The notes beneath the pieces are model-generated. The model saw nothing but the letters and a program-made list of their open reading frames with translations. It was not told the origin of the DNA and made no database searches. Positions 37,982-47,267 of a stretch of DNA of 64,000 bases are shown one piece after another (positions within the stretch are counted from its first letter, which is position 1; each line of letters starts with the position of its first letter). The position numbers and the translations under genes were made by a program. Origin of the DNA: a virus. The DNA lies in the IMG/VR virus record IMGVR_UViG_3300025253_000052; one strand, written 5' to 3'.

Positions 37982-38464
37982 ATGAGCACTCTCACCTCCC
38001 GTTCTACGATTTCCGCCGCGGCCTCTACCGCCGGCCTCACGTCCATCCCCGTTCCTGGCGCGCGTGAGACGTTCTTCGCCTCGAAGGACGAATTCCTTGC
38101 CTATCGCGCCGCGTGGCGTGCACTGGCAACGGCCACTTCCCGACCCCGCCCCCATCTTGCCGTGAGCCCGCTGTCTGCGGAGCACTACGCTGCGCATGCC
38201 CTTCTGACAGGCCGCGACCTGGGCCGAGCGTTCTCGCCCAACCGGCGCGGGCATGGCCAGTTGACCCATGGTGCACTCGCGGCCGCCATCATCGGAGTGA
38301 TGACGCCCAAATGCGCGCAGGGTCTGCCCCCGGAGGCTGGGGCTCCGATGGCGCGCCTGCGCGCCTGGCTGGAGGTGCAAGGTCTTCGGCCATTCGACTG
38401 CCCTGCCACACGCGCTCTCGCTGCCGGGTCGTTCGCTTTCTCGACGGAGGCTGCCCGTGGCTGA
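37982..38464 (+). CDS. Hypothetical protein in the tRNA operon
   Basis: GGAG RBS; FFASKDEFLAYRAAWR...HYAAHALLTGRD. Confidence 0.75.
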   Translation: MSTLTSRSTISAAASTAGLTSIPVPGARETFFASKDEFLAYRAAWRALATATSRPRPHLAVSPLSAEHYAAHALLTGRDLGRAFSPNRRGHGQLTHGALAAAIIGVMTPKCAQGLPPEAGAPMARLRAWLEVQGLRPFDCPATRALAAGSFAFSTEAARG

Positions 38465-38915
38465 AATCGCGACCATTGCATCTCGCGCGGAACCGATGGC
38501 TTCCCTTAGGGGCATCCAATCGCACACTCGCCAGGCCGGTGCCGATGAGGCGACCCACCCGTATGTGTACGTGCTGATCCGCATGGACATTCCCCTGCAT
38601 CAACAGCTGGTGCAGTCGGCGCACGCAGCTTTCGAGGCAGGTCTTCGGTGGCATTCGCCCGACAAGGAGGGCACGAGCATCATCATCCTCGAGGTACCCG
38701 ACAAGAAGGCGTTGCTGCGGGCCTCTCGACGCCTGGGTGGCAAGGACATCGCGCACCATGTGTTCTTCGAGCCCGACTTCGAGATGGGCGAGTCCGCGCT
38801 GGCCACGCGCCCGCTTGTCGGCGAGGAGCGCCGCGCGCTCTCGGGCTACCCGCTTTGGGGCCGGGGAGGCCGCAAGGCCACGCAGGCTGCCAACGACTGC
38901 ATGGAGGCTGCATGA
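38457..38915 (+). CDS. Pth2-like peptidyl-tRNA hydrolase
   Basis: YVYVLIRMDI..QLVQSAHAA..IIILEV..FFEPD..SALAT pattern of the PTH2 family. Confidence 0.8.
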   Translation: MAEIATIASRAEPMASLRGIQSHTRQAGADEATHPYVYVLIRMDIPLHQQLVQSAHAAFEAGLRWHSPDKEGTSIIILEVPDKKALLRASRRLGGKDIAHHVFFEPDFEMGESALATRPLVGEERRALSGYPLWGRGGRKATQAANDCMEAA

Positions 38916-39628
38916 TCGCCGCGGACTTGCAACTCACGACCGGGCCCCTGCCGCACACGTGAATGGCGCCGCGGCAGGCCGGGGCGATCCCGCAGCGGAC
39001 TGCTGTTGCTACGCACGCTCTGCCCGAGACCTTCGACCAGCTGATCGACGACATGCACCGGTGCGAGCAGGCTCCCGGCCTATCGATCTGGCGCCACGGC
39101 GAGCTCGTCGCCCAGCGCTACGCCGAGCTGGTGCAGCACCTGCAAGGCATGGCTGATGAACGGGTGTGTGGCGCTGAACCCGCCGGCCTCGGTGATTGGC
39201 GCCTGCCTGACTGGCTGGTGGAAAACGCAGAGCTCCTCCTGGCCAAGCAGATCGACTTCGCCACAGCCCAGCGATACCAGCTCTTTCACGACGCCGGAAA
39301 GCCCTACTGCCGAACCGTCGACGAGGCTGGACGTCAGCACTTCCCCGACCACGCGGCAATGTCGGCGCGTGTTTGGCGCGCGCTCGGCGGCGGCGAGTCG
39401 GAAGCCGCACTGATCGAACGCGACATGGACATCCATCAGCTTTCGGCAGCCGAGCTCCCTGCGTTCGGCGCGCACCCCGGCGCCGCCACGCTGTTGCTGA
39501 CGGGCCTGGCCGAGGTGCATGCCAACGCGTCGATGTTCGGCGGCCTGGAGTCGATCAGCTTCAAGTCAAAGTGGAAGCACCTGGACAGGCGAGGTCGCGC
39601 GCTGCTCAAGCAATGGTCGCAAGCGTGA
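38912..39628 (+). CDS. HD-domain hydrolase; coupled start at 38912 has an in-frame TGA at 38960-38962 (alternative start 38963)
   Basis: ATGA overlap with the pth-like gene; WRHG..FHDAGKP..HFPDHAAMS..DMDIH. Confidence 0.78.
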
Positions 39629-39806
39629 TTCTCTGAAGCCAAGCATTTCACGGCAGGCCACGAAAGGTGGGCTGGCGCCTTCCAATTGCGCAGCACTCGA
39701 TGTACCTTCTGCGCAGTTCGCGCTCGGGGGCGCGCCGGCGCGCGATCAGGTGCCCCAGCCACTCCGCCTGCGGAGTCACCCCTTCCCGTCAATTCCAACG
39801 CCGCGT

Positions 39807-40088
39807 ATGACTCCCACGACGCTCTCCATCCTGCCGCTCAACGGCACCAAGACACACCCGCTCAAGCCCGGCTCGATCCTCGTGCTGAACAAGCTCATGC
39901 GCGATCCGCAACCGCGCCAGGAAATCAACGCCGGCGTCGTCGACCGCCTGTTGCGCGAGGCCCTCGCCGAAAGCGTGCAGCTGCCCAGTCCGTACAAGTC
40001 GCACAACGGCCGGCTGATCGAGTTCCTGCAGATCACCGCGGCGGGGCGTGACGCCCTAGCCGCCGTCGGCGCGCGCCGGCCCGCCTGA
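39807..40088 (+). CDS. Small hypothetical protein
   Basis: ATG at 39807; ends GARRPA. Confidence 0.65.
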   Translation: MTPTTLSILPLNGTKTHPLKPGSILVLNKLMRDPQPRQEINAGVVDRLLREALAESVQLPSPYKSHNGRLIEFLQITAAGRDALAAVGARRPA

Positions 40089-40135
40089 CATCCCAACCAC
40101 CCTGTCCGCCATCCTCCATTGAAAGACCGGCACCA

Positions 40136-41029
40136 ATGAAGCTCTCGCCCGCGATCCTCTTCGCCATCTCCGCCCTCACTTGCGCGCCCGTCTTTGCTGG
40201 GCTTCCCGAGGCGCAATCGAATCTCGCGAACCAGCCCTACCTGGTCATCAACGGCACCCTTCTGCCCAGCGCTGTCCTGCCCGGCTATTACGGCTTGGCC
40301 GGAACCGACCCCACCAACCCGCTCAAGGGCCTGGGCATCGGCATCAACGAAGCGTCGACCGTGATGTACGGCGGCCACGGGCCCGTGCACATGACGCCGG
40401 GCACGCCTGCCCTTACTCCGGAGGAGCGCCTGCAGTGGCGCGCGGCCGTCATGCGCAGCCTGGACACCTCCAAGCTCATCACCTACCGCTACGGCGCCGG
40501 CGAACGCAAGCTTCTGCTGGTGACCGCGTTCGACTGCCCCTACTGCATCGCGCTCGAGAAGCGTCTGTCCAAGCTCGCGCCCAAGCTCAACGCGACCATC
40601 ATCATGGTGCCCATGGTGCAGGCCCCCAACGCCTCGTCGATGGCCATGTACAACGCCATCGCCTGCTCGGCGGACCCGGCCGCCGAGTGGCGCAAGGTGA
40701 TGCTCACGCGCAAGTTCCCGACGAAGTCGCTGCCCGAATGCGGCGCCCCCAGCGTGGCTGACACCGTCATCGCCGCGGCGGCGCTCGGCGAGCTCGGCAC
40801 GCCGGCGCTGATCCGCGAGGACGGCAAGACGGTGTCGATTCCCGGCAGCGACGATGAGCTGGTGCGTGAGCTGAGCTCCGCAGGCAAGGCCGACCTGGCT
40901 GCCGACGTCTACAGCGAGACCGGCACGCTGCAAGTGGCCTCGGCCTTCCAGGTCGCGGCACCTGCGCAGAAGAGCGGCCTGAGCAAGAAGACCGTCGGCG
41001 GTTTCCTCTCGGGAATCCTGAAGAAGTGA
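40136..41029 (+). CDS. Periplasmic DsbC/DsbG-like thiol-disulfide oxidoreductase
   Basis: Signal peptide, DCPYC active site, GTP cis-Pro motif. Confidence 0.8.
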   Translation: MKLSPAILFAISALTCAPVFAGLPEAQSNLANQPYLVINGTLLPSAVLPGYYGLAGTDPTNPLKGLGIGINEASTVMYGGHGPVHMTPGTPALTPEERLQWRAAVMRSLDTSKLITYRYGAGERKLLLVTAFDCPYCIALEKRLSKLAPKLNATIIMVPMVQAPNASSMAMYNAIACSADPAAEWRKVMLTRKFPTKSLPECGAPSVADTVIAAAALGELGTPALIREDGKTVSIPGSDDELVRELSSAGKADLAADVYSETGTLQVASAFQVAAPAQKSGLSKKTVGGFLSGILKK

Positions 41030-41063
41030 CGCTGGCCGGCGCCTGTCCTGCGCGCCCGGACGT

Positions 41064-41456
41064 TCAAGCCCTACCTCCTGCGGCATTGCCCCCTGGCTGG
41101 TAGGTCGTCCAGCTCGCTGGAAACACCATGAGCCCCCAGCCCTTGAGCACGACGGAGTCGTGCTTTAGGTCGGCCACCACCGACTGCAGAACACTGGGCG
41201 TGATGATCGGCTGCCCGCTGGCCAGCTGGGCTTGAATGCCAAAGTAGATCGGCACGCCGGCCACGAGGACGCACAGGACACGCCCGATGACGGCGCTGCT
41301 GGGGAGTAGCGCGAGCACTGCGAGCGCAATGCAGACGATGGTTGTGGTGCTGAGCACGGTCGAGGCGTTCGCGATGAGAGTGACCGATGGCAGCTGCAAA
41401 GCTGCACTCGAACTCGGTCTCGGAATCTCAGTGGATGCGCTCACGCGCCGGCACAA
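41064..41456 (-). CDS. Membrane hypothetical protein (start uncertain)
   Basis: Two hydrophobic segments. Confidence 0.5.
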   Translation of the reverse strand: MCRRVSASTEIPRPSSSAALQLPSVTLIANASTVLSTTTIVCIALAVLALLPSSAVIGRVLCVLVAGVPIYFGIQAQLASGQPIITPSVLQSVVADLKHDSVVLKGWGLMVFPASWTTYQPGGNAAGGRA

Positions 41457-41661
41457 GAGCCATCAGGGTGCGCCGACCATTTCCCTGGCCGGCGCGGTTC
41501 AAGAGCAGTTGCCAGAATCTTGAACGAACGGACGTTTAAGACGCCTCGATGTGTAGATTTTAAGGGCCCTCGGCTCGCAACGCACCAATGTTGAACCTCG
41601 TCGAGCGTCGATTCGCGCAGAAGACCACACCTTCTCGCCAGCCTGCCTGATCTTCACCGCG

Positions 41662-42090
41662 TCACAGCTCGCGGATGGCGATGCCGTGGAACTTCAACAT
41701 CATCTTTCGCTTGAGGATGTAGGTCGGTTCCTTGCGCGTGGCTTCTGATTTCGTGTCCTGGACTTCCACGCGGCCATCTGCGAATTCGACGACGAAGTCG
41801 GCGATGTACTTGACGCCGCGTTCGCCCTCTTGCTTTTCCAGCAGCACGTACGGCACTTGGCGGGTCACCATCACCACGCGGTCTGCGGCGTTGGAGGCCA
41901 TGCGTGCGGCCAGCAGCGCCTGGTGATGTGCGGCCTCCTTCTTCGAGTCGTACTTCTGGTCCCCAACGACGGTGTCACGGTGGTTCCCGTACTTGTTCCG
42001 GCGTTTCGCCTTGCCAGCGCCGGTGCCGCGGCGCTGCATTGCCAGGTAGTCGGCGGCCGACATGCGCTGGGTCACGTCAGCCACGGGCAT
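41662..42090 (-). CDS. DUF1064-like PD-(D/E)XK endonuclease
   Basis: NKYGN..YDSKKEA..YIADF..QDTK. Confidence 0.8.
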   Translation of the reverse strand: MPVADVTQRMSAADYLAMQRRGTGAGKAKRRNKYGNHRDTVVGDQKYDSKKEAAHHQALLAARMASNAADRVVMVTRQVPYVLLEKQEGERGVKYIADFVVEFADGRVEVQDTKSEATRKEPTYILKRKMMLKFHGIAIREL

Positions 42091-42204
42091 CTCCGGGCAC
42101 GGGAGGTGCGCTGAAACGGTTGGGCATCATCGGTCGGCGGGAATCGTTCGTCTTCCGCCAGAGATAGCTCACCGAAGAGCCTATTGCAAAGGCTCGCAGC
42201 GCGG

Positions 42205-43626
42205 CTACAGCAGGCGCGGGCCTCGAGGCGGTGCGACTTGGGCTTGAGGTGCAGCCATCGCCGCCCCGATGATGTCGCGCATGGACTGTTCCCGCAGCAC
42301 CAAGGCGTGAGCCTCGTTCCAGGTGATCGATTGCTGCGCCCTGGAAGCAACCCCCTCGTCAGGAGCCGGCGACGTCTCAGCAAGTCGGCCCCCACACGCC
42401 ACGAATCCCTGCAAGAACCCGAGCGCGCCCTCGAAGTGAGTCCGGGGCAGCAGCTGCTTGTCCGCCTTCAGCTCCAGCGCCGACTTGCACATCACCTGCG
42501 CGGCCTCCAGACGAGTCGAGTGAATGCCGACCGTCACCAATGCGTCGGCGATCAGCTCGAAGTTTCTCTGGACGCCGGCCGCACCAAGTCCGGTGGCGCT
42601 CATCTGCGCGTCGTGCCCGGCCTGCGACCCCATCGCCTTGCGCATCAGGCTGCGGTAGTCCACCTCCCAGGGCTGCGACTTCCAGATGGTTGCAAGCTCG
42701 CGCAAACATGGCCCGTAGCCCACACTTCGTGGCAGCAGCCGGCCTTCCTCGCCGGTGAAGTCCAGCGGCAGCGCCTTGGCGAATGCGAACACCAGCCGCC
42801 CAGGCATCTCCCGCGCTATGACCGCCATCGGCCAAACGAACTTCTCAGGCCTTCGGCGACCGATTTCGATCATCGAGGCCATCAATTGGGCCCCGAACGG
42901 CGCGCCGGCCCGGGAGCTCGGAAACATGTTGTCCCCGTGCTCGACCGACTCTCGGCGCCAGGTACCGTGTCTCGTCAGGCACATTGCCTTCTTCGGCGCC
43001 TTCTTCTTGAAGGGTGCGCCTATCACTTCGGTCTCTGCAAACGCCTGCACGGCAGATTCGGCTAGGCCGCCTTCATGGCTCGGCAGACGAGCGATACCGG
43101 CGTCGCTGAGCGCCGCAAAGACGGACATGAACGTCTCCCCGCCGTTGTCGAACACGGGGATGACGAAGAGCGGATACAGGATCGCCGGGAACTCGATCAG
43201 TACGGCATCGACGATGCCTTGCGCACGCTCACGCAGGGCCATGCCGAAGCGCTCCGGCTCCTTTCCGCAGACTTTCAGGGCCGCAATCGCACAGGCAAGG
43301 CGATCCATCGGGCCAGCCATGGGAACAGAGTCCGGAGCCATGCACACGCGCTCGAACCAGTTGCCCAGTCTCTCCTTGCGCGTTGCGCCGTCGGCGTCGG
43401 ACGGCAGAAGCATCGACGGCGACGCAATGACCAGACCATCAGTGCCAGCACCCACCATGTGCCGGACACTGCGAGCCTCCCGCAACGCTCCGACGCACTC
43501 ACGAGATGTCTTGGCTGCCCGGATGCTGGCGAGCTGGCTCTCGTTGAGCTCATTCCAGCGCAAGGGCTCACCCCAGTAGCGGAGCTGTTCCGGGTCTCGG
43601 GGGTAACCCCCAAGCAGATCAGACAT
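42205..43626 (-). CDS. Second-family hypothetical protein with signature tail (QSMRDII...PRGPRLL)
   Basis: DRLACAIAALKV..EFPAILYP aligns by eye with 27434 and 28894. Confidence 0.78.
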   Translation of the reverse strand: MSDLLGGYPRDPEQLRYWGEPLRWNELNESQLASIRAAKTSRECVGALREARSVRHMVGAGTDGLVIASPSMLLPSDADGATRKERLGNWFERVCMAPDSVPMAGPMDRLACAIAALKVCGKEPERFGMALRERAQGIVDAVLIEFPAILYPLFVIPVFDNGGETFMSVFAALSDAGIARLPSHEGGLAESAVQAFAETEVIGAPFKKKAPKKAMCLTRHGTWRRESVEHGDNMFPSSRAGAPFGAQLMASMIEIGRRRPEKFVWPMAVIAREMPGRLVFAFAKALPLDFTGEEGRLLPRSVGYGPCLRELATIWKSQPWEVDYRSLMRKAMGSQAGHDAQMSATGLGAAGVQRNFELIADALVTVGIHSTRLEAAQVMCKSALELKADKQLLPRTHFEGALGFLQGFVACGGRLAETSPAPDEGVASRAQQSITWNEAHALVLREQSMRDIIGAAMAAPQAQVAPPRGPRLL

Positions 43627-44779
43627 GCGCCCGCCTCAGTGCTGGCGCGCGCACGGCTTGTGAGTCGCGCGTCGCCTCAGCCCGCGGCCCTCCCTCGCGC
43701 ATCACGCGGTACATGAGCGCCTCCACCAGGTGGGCGACCGCAACGTCGCCGCAGCGAACACGCGCCTCCTCGAGGAACGGGTGCACCAGCCCTCCTGGCT
43801 CGCCTTCCTTGCGCGCGATGTAGTCGTCCTCGACGTTGGCGCCGAGCTCGACCAGGATGACCGCCAGCGTGACGTTCCAATCTCGCAGCGCCTCGACGAC
43901 AGGCGGCAGGTTCTTGGCGCCGCCCTTGACATCCAGGCTCGCCCCGGCCTCATGGAGGCGCTTGAGCAGCGCACGCATGGCCTCGTCCTGCCAATCGAAC
44001 CGCCCTGCCCAGGACCGACTCAACTTGGCTAGAAGCCCCGTACGTCCACTGAATTCCCCGCGCGCATCGGGTTGCGCGGGGCTCATGTCTTTCACCCGAG
44101 CACCGCGGTCGAGCAGCAGGTTCGCGCTCTCTATCAGCGCACGCACCCGCTTTTCGGTTGCTTCGTCAGCGACGCCACCTTGACGGCATCCCAGCTCATC
44201 CACCACCAGGCCCAGCACAGAGACTGGTTGCTTGTCACCCCATGCCGGCGCCATGTCGAGAGCGGCGCCGGCGTCCAGCGCCACGCGCAGCAGCTCAGGC
44301 CACGTGCGCCAGTGGTAAGACCGCACCACCGGCATGTCGCCGAATGCAGCCTGGTCGTCCGGGTGTACCCCGCGCTCGAGCGCGTACCGAACCACGGGCG
44401 CCATCGCGGCGTTCAGGCCGTTGTCGTCGGACAGGCATGCGCCCAGCCAAGTTCGGTACTGCCCGTTGAAGCGCTCCCAGCGCACGGACGGGACGCTTGC
44501 AACCGGATCGAACGCCGGAAGCCGCTCCAAAAAGAGCGAGATGTCCTTGCGAGCCAGCTCGAGCACTCGGTTCGTGTCCTTGGCCAGGATCGCGTCTGCG
44601 ATGGACTCATGCGCAGCCGCGCGCGCGGAACCAACGATCTTGCAGTCGAAGGCCCCTTGCTGGTGCTCGACAGAGGACTCGTGACGGTAGCTGAGGACTC
44701 GCATGACTCCACCCAGGCGCGGCGAGCGCACAAAAGAAAAAAGGCCCAGTGCAAACGCACGGGCCTTCTCACTGAACAC
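43619..44779 (-). CDS. Ankyrin-like family protein (..LRRAHV)
   Basis: PPVVEALRDWNVTLAVILVELGANV; ALMYRVM. Confidence 0.78.
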   Translation of the reverse strand: MFSEKARAFALGLFSFVRSPRLGGVMRVLSYRHESSVEHQQGAFDCKIVGSARAAAHESIADAILAKDTNRVLELARKDISLFLERLPAFDPVASVPSVRWERFNGQYRTWLGACLSDDNGLNAAMAPVVRYALERGVHPDDQAAFGDMPVVRSYHWRTWPELLRVALDAGAALDMAPAWGDKQPVSVLGLVVDELGCRQGGVADEATEKRVRALIESANLLLDRGARVKDMSPAQPDARGEFSGRTGLLAKLSRSWAGRFDWQDEAMRALLKRLHEAGASLDVKGGAKNLPPVVEALRDWNVTLAVILVELGANVEDDYIARKEGEPGGLVHPFLEEARVRCGDVAVAHLVEALMYRVMREGGPRAEATRDSQAVRAPALRRAHV

Positions 44780-44957
44780 GCACGTCTAGGGCAAGACGAC
44801 CTTTCGGTCTCCGCTCACATGTCCGTGGAGTTCTCGAGCCAGGTGACGGGTTCCTGAATCCGCCCAATCGTGCGGTCGGTCTTGCTCGCGTACCTCTACT
44901 GAGGCAATGCGCTCATTATATACACCACCCTAAGTGCTGTCAAGCGAATTCGGCTAC

Positions 44958-46136
44958 TCACCGCGGCTTGAAAGAGCGCTCTGCCTTCTTGGCCTGGACA
45001 GCCGCCTTTTCGTCGGCGAAGCCCTCGGTGAGCGCCGCGCCAACGCGAGCGATGATGGAGCCGCCCAAGCCCACGCCGGCGCGCACATTGGAGTCCACCA
45101 TGTCAGCCGCAGCAGACACACGGTCCTTGGCGCCGTTGACGAACGAGGCAGCGTTGTGCACCGCCACCCATGCACGCAGTCGCGTAGCATCCGACGCGTC
45201 GACGGCTGCCGAATGCACCTGGCCCGCGACGTCGAGCACCTTTTCCTTGGTGGCGGCGAAGAAGTTGCGGATGCCGCTGGTCAGGCTGAGGTGCACCTTG
45301 GCAGCCGCCTCGCTGACGCTGGTCTTGCTGGCCTCGGCGAAGTCCGTCACCATGGCCGGCGTGCTCTTGACGACCTTGGCGAACGATTTCACGCGCTCAC
45401 CCACCGCCGCCAGGCCGGCACAAAACGCTGCCACCGAGCTTGCGGCCCGGGCTTCGACCTTGCCGGCGAGCGAATCGACCTTCGCGGCTGCGTCGAGCGT
45501 TGCCTTGAAGAACTTGCTGCGCGGCGCGTAGTCGGCGAACAGCTGCATGTTCTGCGCGGTCATGCCCATCTGCTTGGCCGCCTCGTCTGCCGCGGCCTGC
45601 GCGTCGGCAGGCTTGCCGCGCATCATCGACATCGTCGACTGCGCGTGGAACCGCTGTGCTTCCATCATCGCCGCGCAGCTGCGCTCGGCAAGGATCGTCG
45701 CCTTGTAGGCGCGCTCGAGCCCTTCGAACGCTTCCTCGCTCTGAGTGGTGCCGCGGGCCTCACTGGCCGCCAGGAGGTGCCGAGCGTAGTCGTCGCGCGC
45801 CAGCCGCCGCGTCAGCTCCGCGACTTCACGGATCGTCTCGAAGTCGAGCGCCACGATGCTGGAGGCCGACCGCTGCGAGGCAGCCTTGGCTTCGGCGGCC
45901 TGGACTGCGGACACGTCGTTTTCGAGCTTCAGCGCATCGAGGTGGCGGCGCGCAGCCTGCAGGTCTTCCCTGCGCTCGCTGCGAAGCGCTTCGTCCGAGG
46001 TCTCCTGCATGAGCTGCCACAACTCCATGTAGCGGGCTTCCGCGGCTTGAACGCGCACGGCGTGCACGCTCTGTTGGGCGGCCTCGGCGACGCGCGAGTG
46101 CTCGAAAGACGGCTCGATGCGGGTGGCGACGGTCAT
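44958..46136 (-). CDS. Ala-rich coiled-coil hypothetical protein
   Basis: 392-aa helical ORF ending KKAERSFKPR. Confidence 0.75.
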   Translation of the reverse strand: MTVATRIEPSFEHSRVAEAAQQSVHAVRVQAAEARYMELWQLMQETSDEALRSERREDLQAARRHLDALKLENDVSAVQAAEAKAASQRSASSIVALDFETIREVAELTRRLARDDYARHLLAASEARGTTQSEEAFEGLERAYKATILAERSCAAMMEAQRFHAQSTMSMMRGKPADAQAAADEAAKQMGMTAQNMQLFADYAPRSKFFKATLDAAAKVDSLAGKVEARAASSVAAFCAGLAAVGERVKSFAKVVKSTPAMVTDFAEASKTSVSEAAAKVHLSLTSGIRNFFAATKEKVLDVAGQVHSAAVDASDATRLRAWVAVHNAASFVNGAKDRVSAAADMVDSNVRAGVGLGGSIIARVGAALTEGFADEKAAVQAKKAERSFKPR

Positions 46137-46499
46137 GTTCGTTCCTGGGGTTGGCTGAGGGAATGTCAGATGGCCACTTGAAGGGCTTGCGGACAGCAGG
46201 CGCCTTCCACGGCGAGCGGGCCTGCCCAGGCGGAATACAAAGGCGGCACCGCGATTCTATCTCTTTTCTAGCACATAGACCGCTTTATGTGCGCATTTCC
46301 TTGTGCATTATTGGGCGAGCTGGCGCGAAGGTGCGGCGCATGGGCGATGTGACGCTGAGCCTGTTTGAATCGGCAAAGCCGTTTGCATTCCTTCAGCACA
46401 TGAGCTACCTCATTTGCTACACGGTTCCCCGAGTCATCAAGTTGCTCGGGGCTTGCATCGACGGCGCTGATGAGGCGCGTCACTAGAAGGAGAAGTCTC

Positions 46500-47219
46500 T
46501 TGGCAGCCAAGCTCAACAAGACCATGCTGATCGGCGTTGTCGTCACCGCGCCGGTTCTTCACACGTCGGCCAACAACTTCAAGCGCGCAACCTTCGCCGT
46601 CGAAACCTCGGAGCAATGGGAAGACGAGAGCGGCCGCCGCGAGCGCGCGTTCACCCATCAAGTCGACTGCGTCGGGCGCCTGGCCGAGAGCGTTCCGAAG
46701 TTCCTTCAAGGCGGCGAGACCGTCTACCTCGAGGGCGCCCTCACCTACGAGATGGTCGAGCGCGCTGCGGAGCCGGGCGTCTTCGACCGCGAAACCTGGG
46801 TGCGCGTGCGCGACGTCCAGGACCTGCGTGTCGAGCGCGTGCCCAACATCGCAGCCAACACCGCGGCTGGCGGTTCGCCTGCTGCTGGCAACCCGACCGC
46901 GGCCGGCGGCGCGCCCGCCGGCGCTTCGGAAGCGACCCCGGGCTCGACCCAGGCTCAGGCCGAGCCGGCCCAGGATGACGCCACCCACTCCTCGGGTGCG
47001 GCTGCAGGCGCGCCGGCAGGAGACGTGTCGAGCGCCCAGGCAGAGCCCACGGCCGCTCCGGCTGCTGGTCGTCGTGGCGTTCGTGGAGGGCGTGTCCTGC
47101 CCCCGCCGGCGCCGGCCCCCATCCCGGCACAGGCTCCGGCGGTCGCCCCGGCGCCCGCGCCCGTCGCCAAGCCCGCTCCCAAGCCGGCCGGCAACTTCAC
47201 CGGCCGTCGCACGCGCTGA
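46500..47219 (+). CDS. ssb: Single-stranded DNA-binding protein-like, basic tail
   Basis: AAGGAG+TTG start; LNKTMLIG..FAVETSEQW..G.TVYLEGAL OB fold; Ala/Pro linker. Confidence 0.75.
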   Translation: MAAKLNKTMLIGVVVTAPVLHTSANNFKRATFAVETSEQWEDESGRRERAFTHQVDCVGRLAESVPKFLQGGETVYLEGALTYEMVERAAEPGVFDRETWVRVRDVQDLRVERVPNIAANTAAGGSPAAGNPTAAGGAPAGASEATPGSTQAQAEPAQDDATHSSGAAAGAPAGDVSSAQAEPTAAPAAGRRGVRGGRVLPPPAPAPIPAQAPAVAPAPAPVAKPAPKPAGNFTGRRTR

Positions 47220-47267
47220 CCAGCAGCGCACGCTCCCTGCACGATAAGACGAAAGGAGTCCCGCGTC

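Noticed and set aside
38940..39001. Second degenerate tRNA near the start of the HD gene (GGGGCGATCCC resembles a T-arm)
   Set aside because: No consistent cloverleaf, TTC T-loop or CCA; better explained as a simple hairpin.
38912..39628. HD gene as a pseudogene
   Set aside because: The single stop lies before the domain, all HD motifs are intact, and an ATG follows immediately. A chance nonsense mutation is not excluded but is less parsimonious beside a UGA-reading tRNA.
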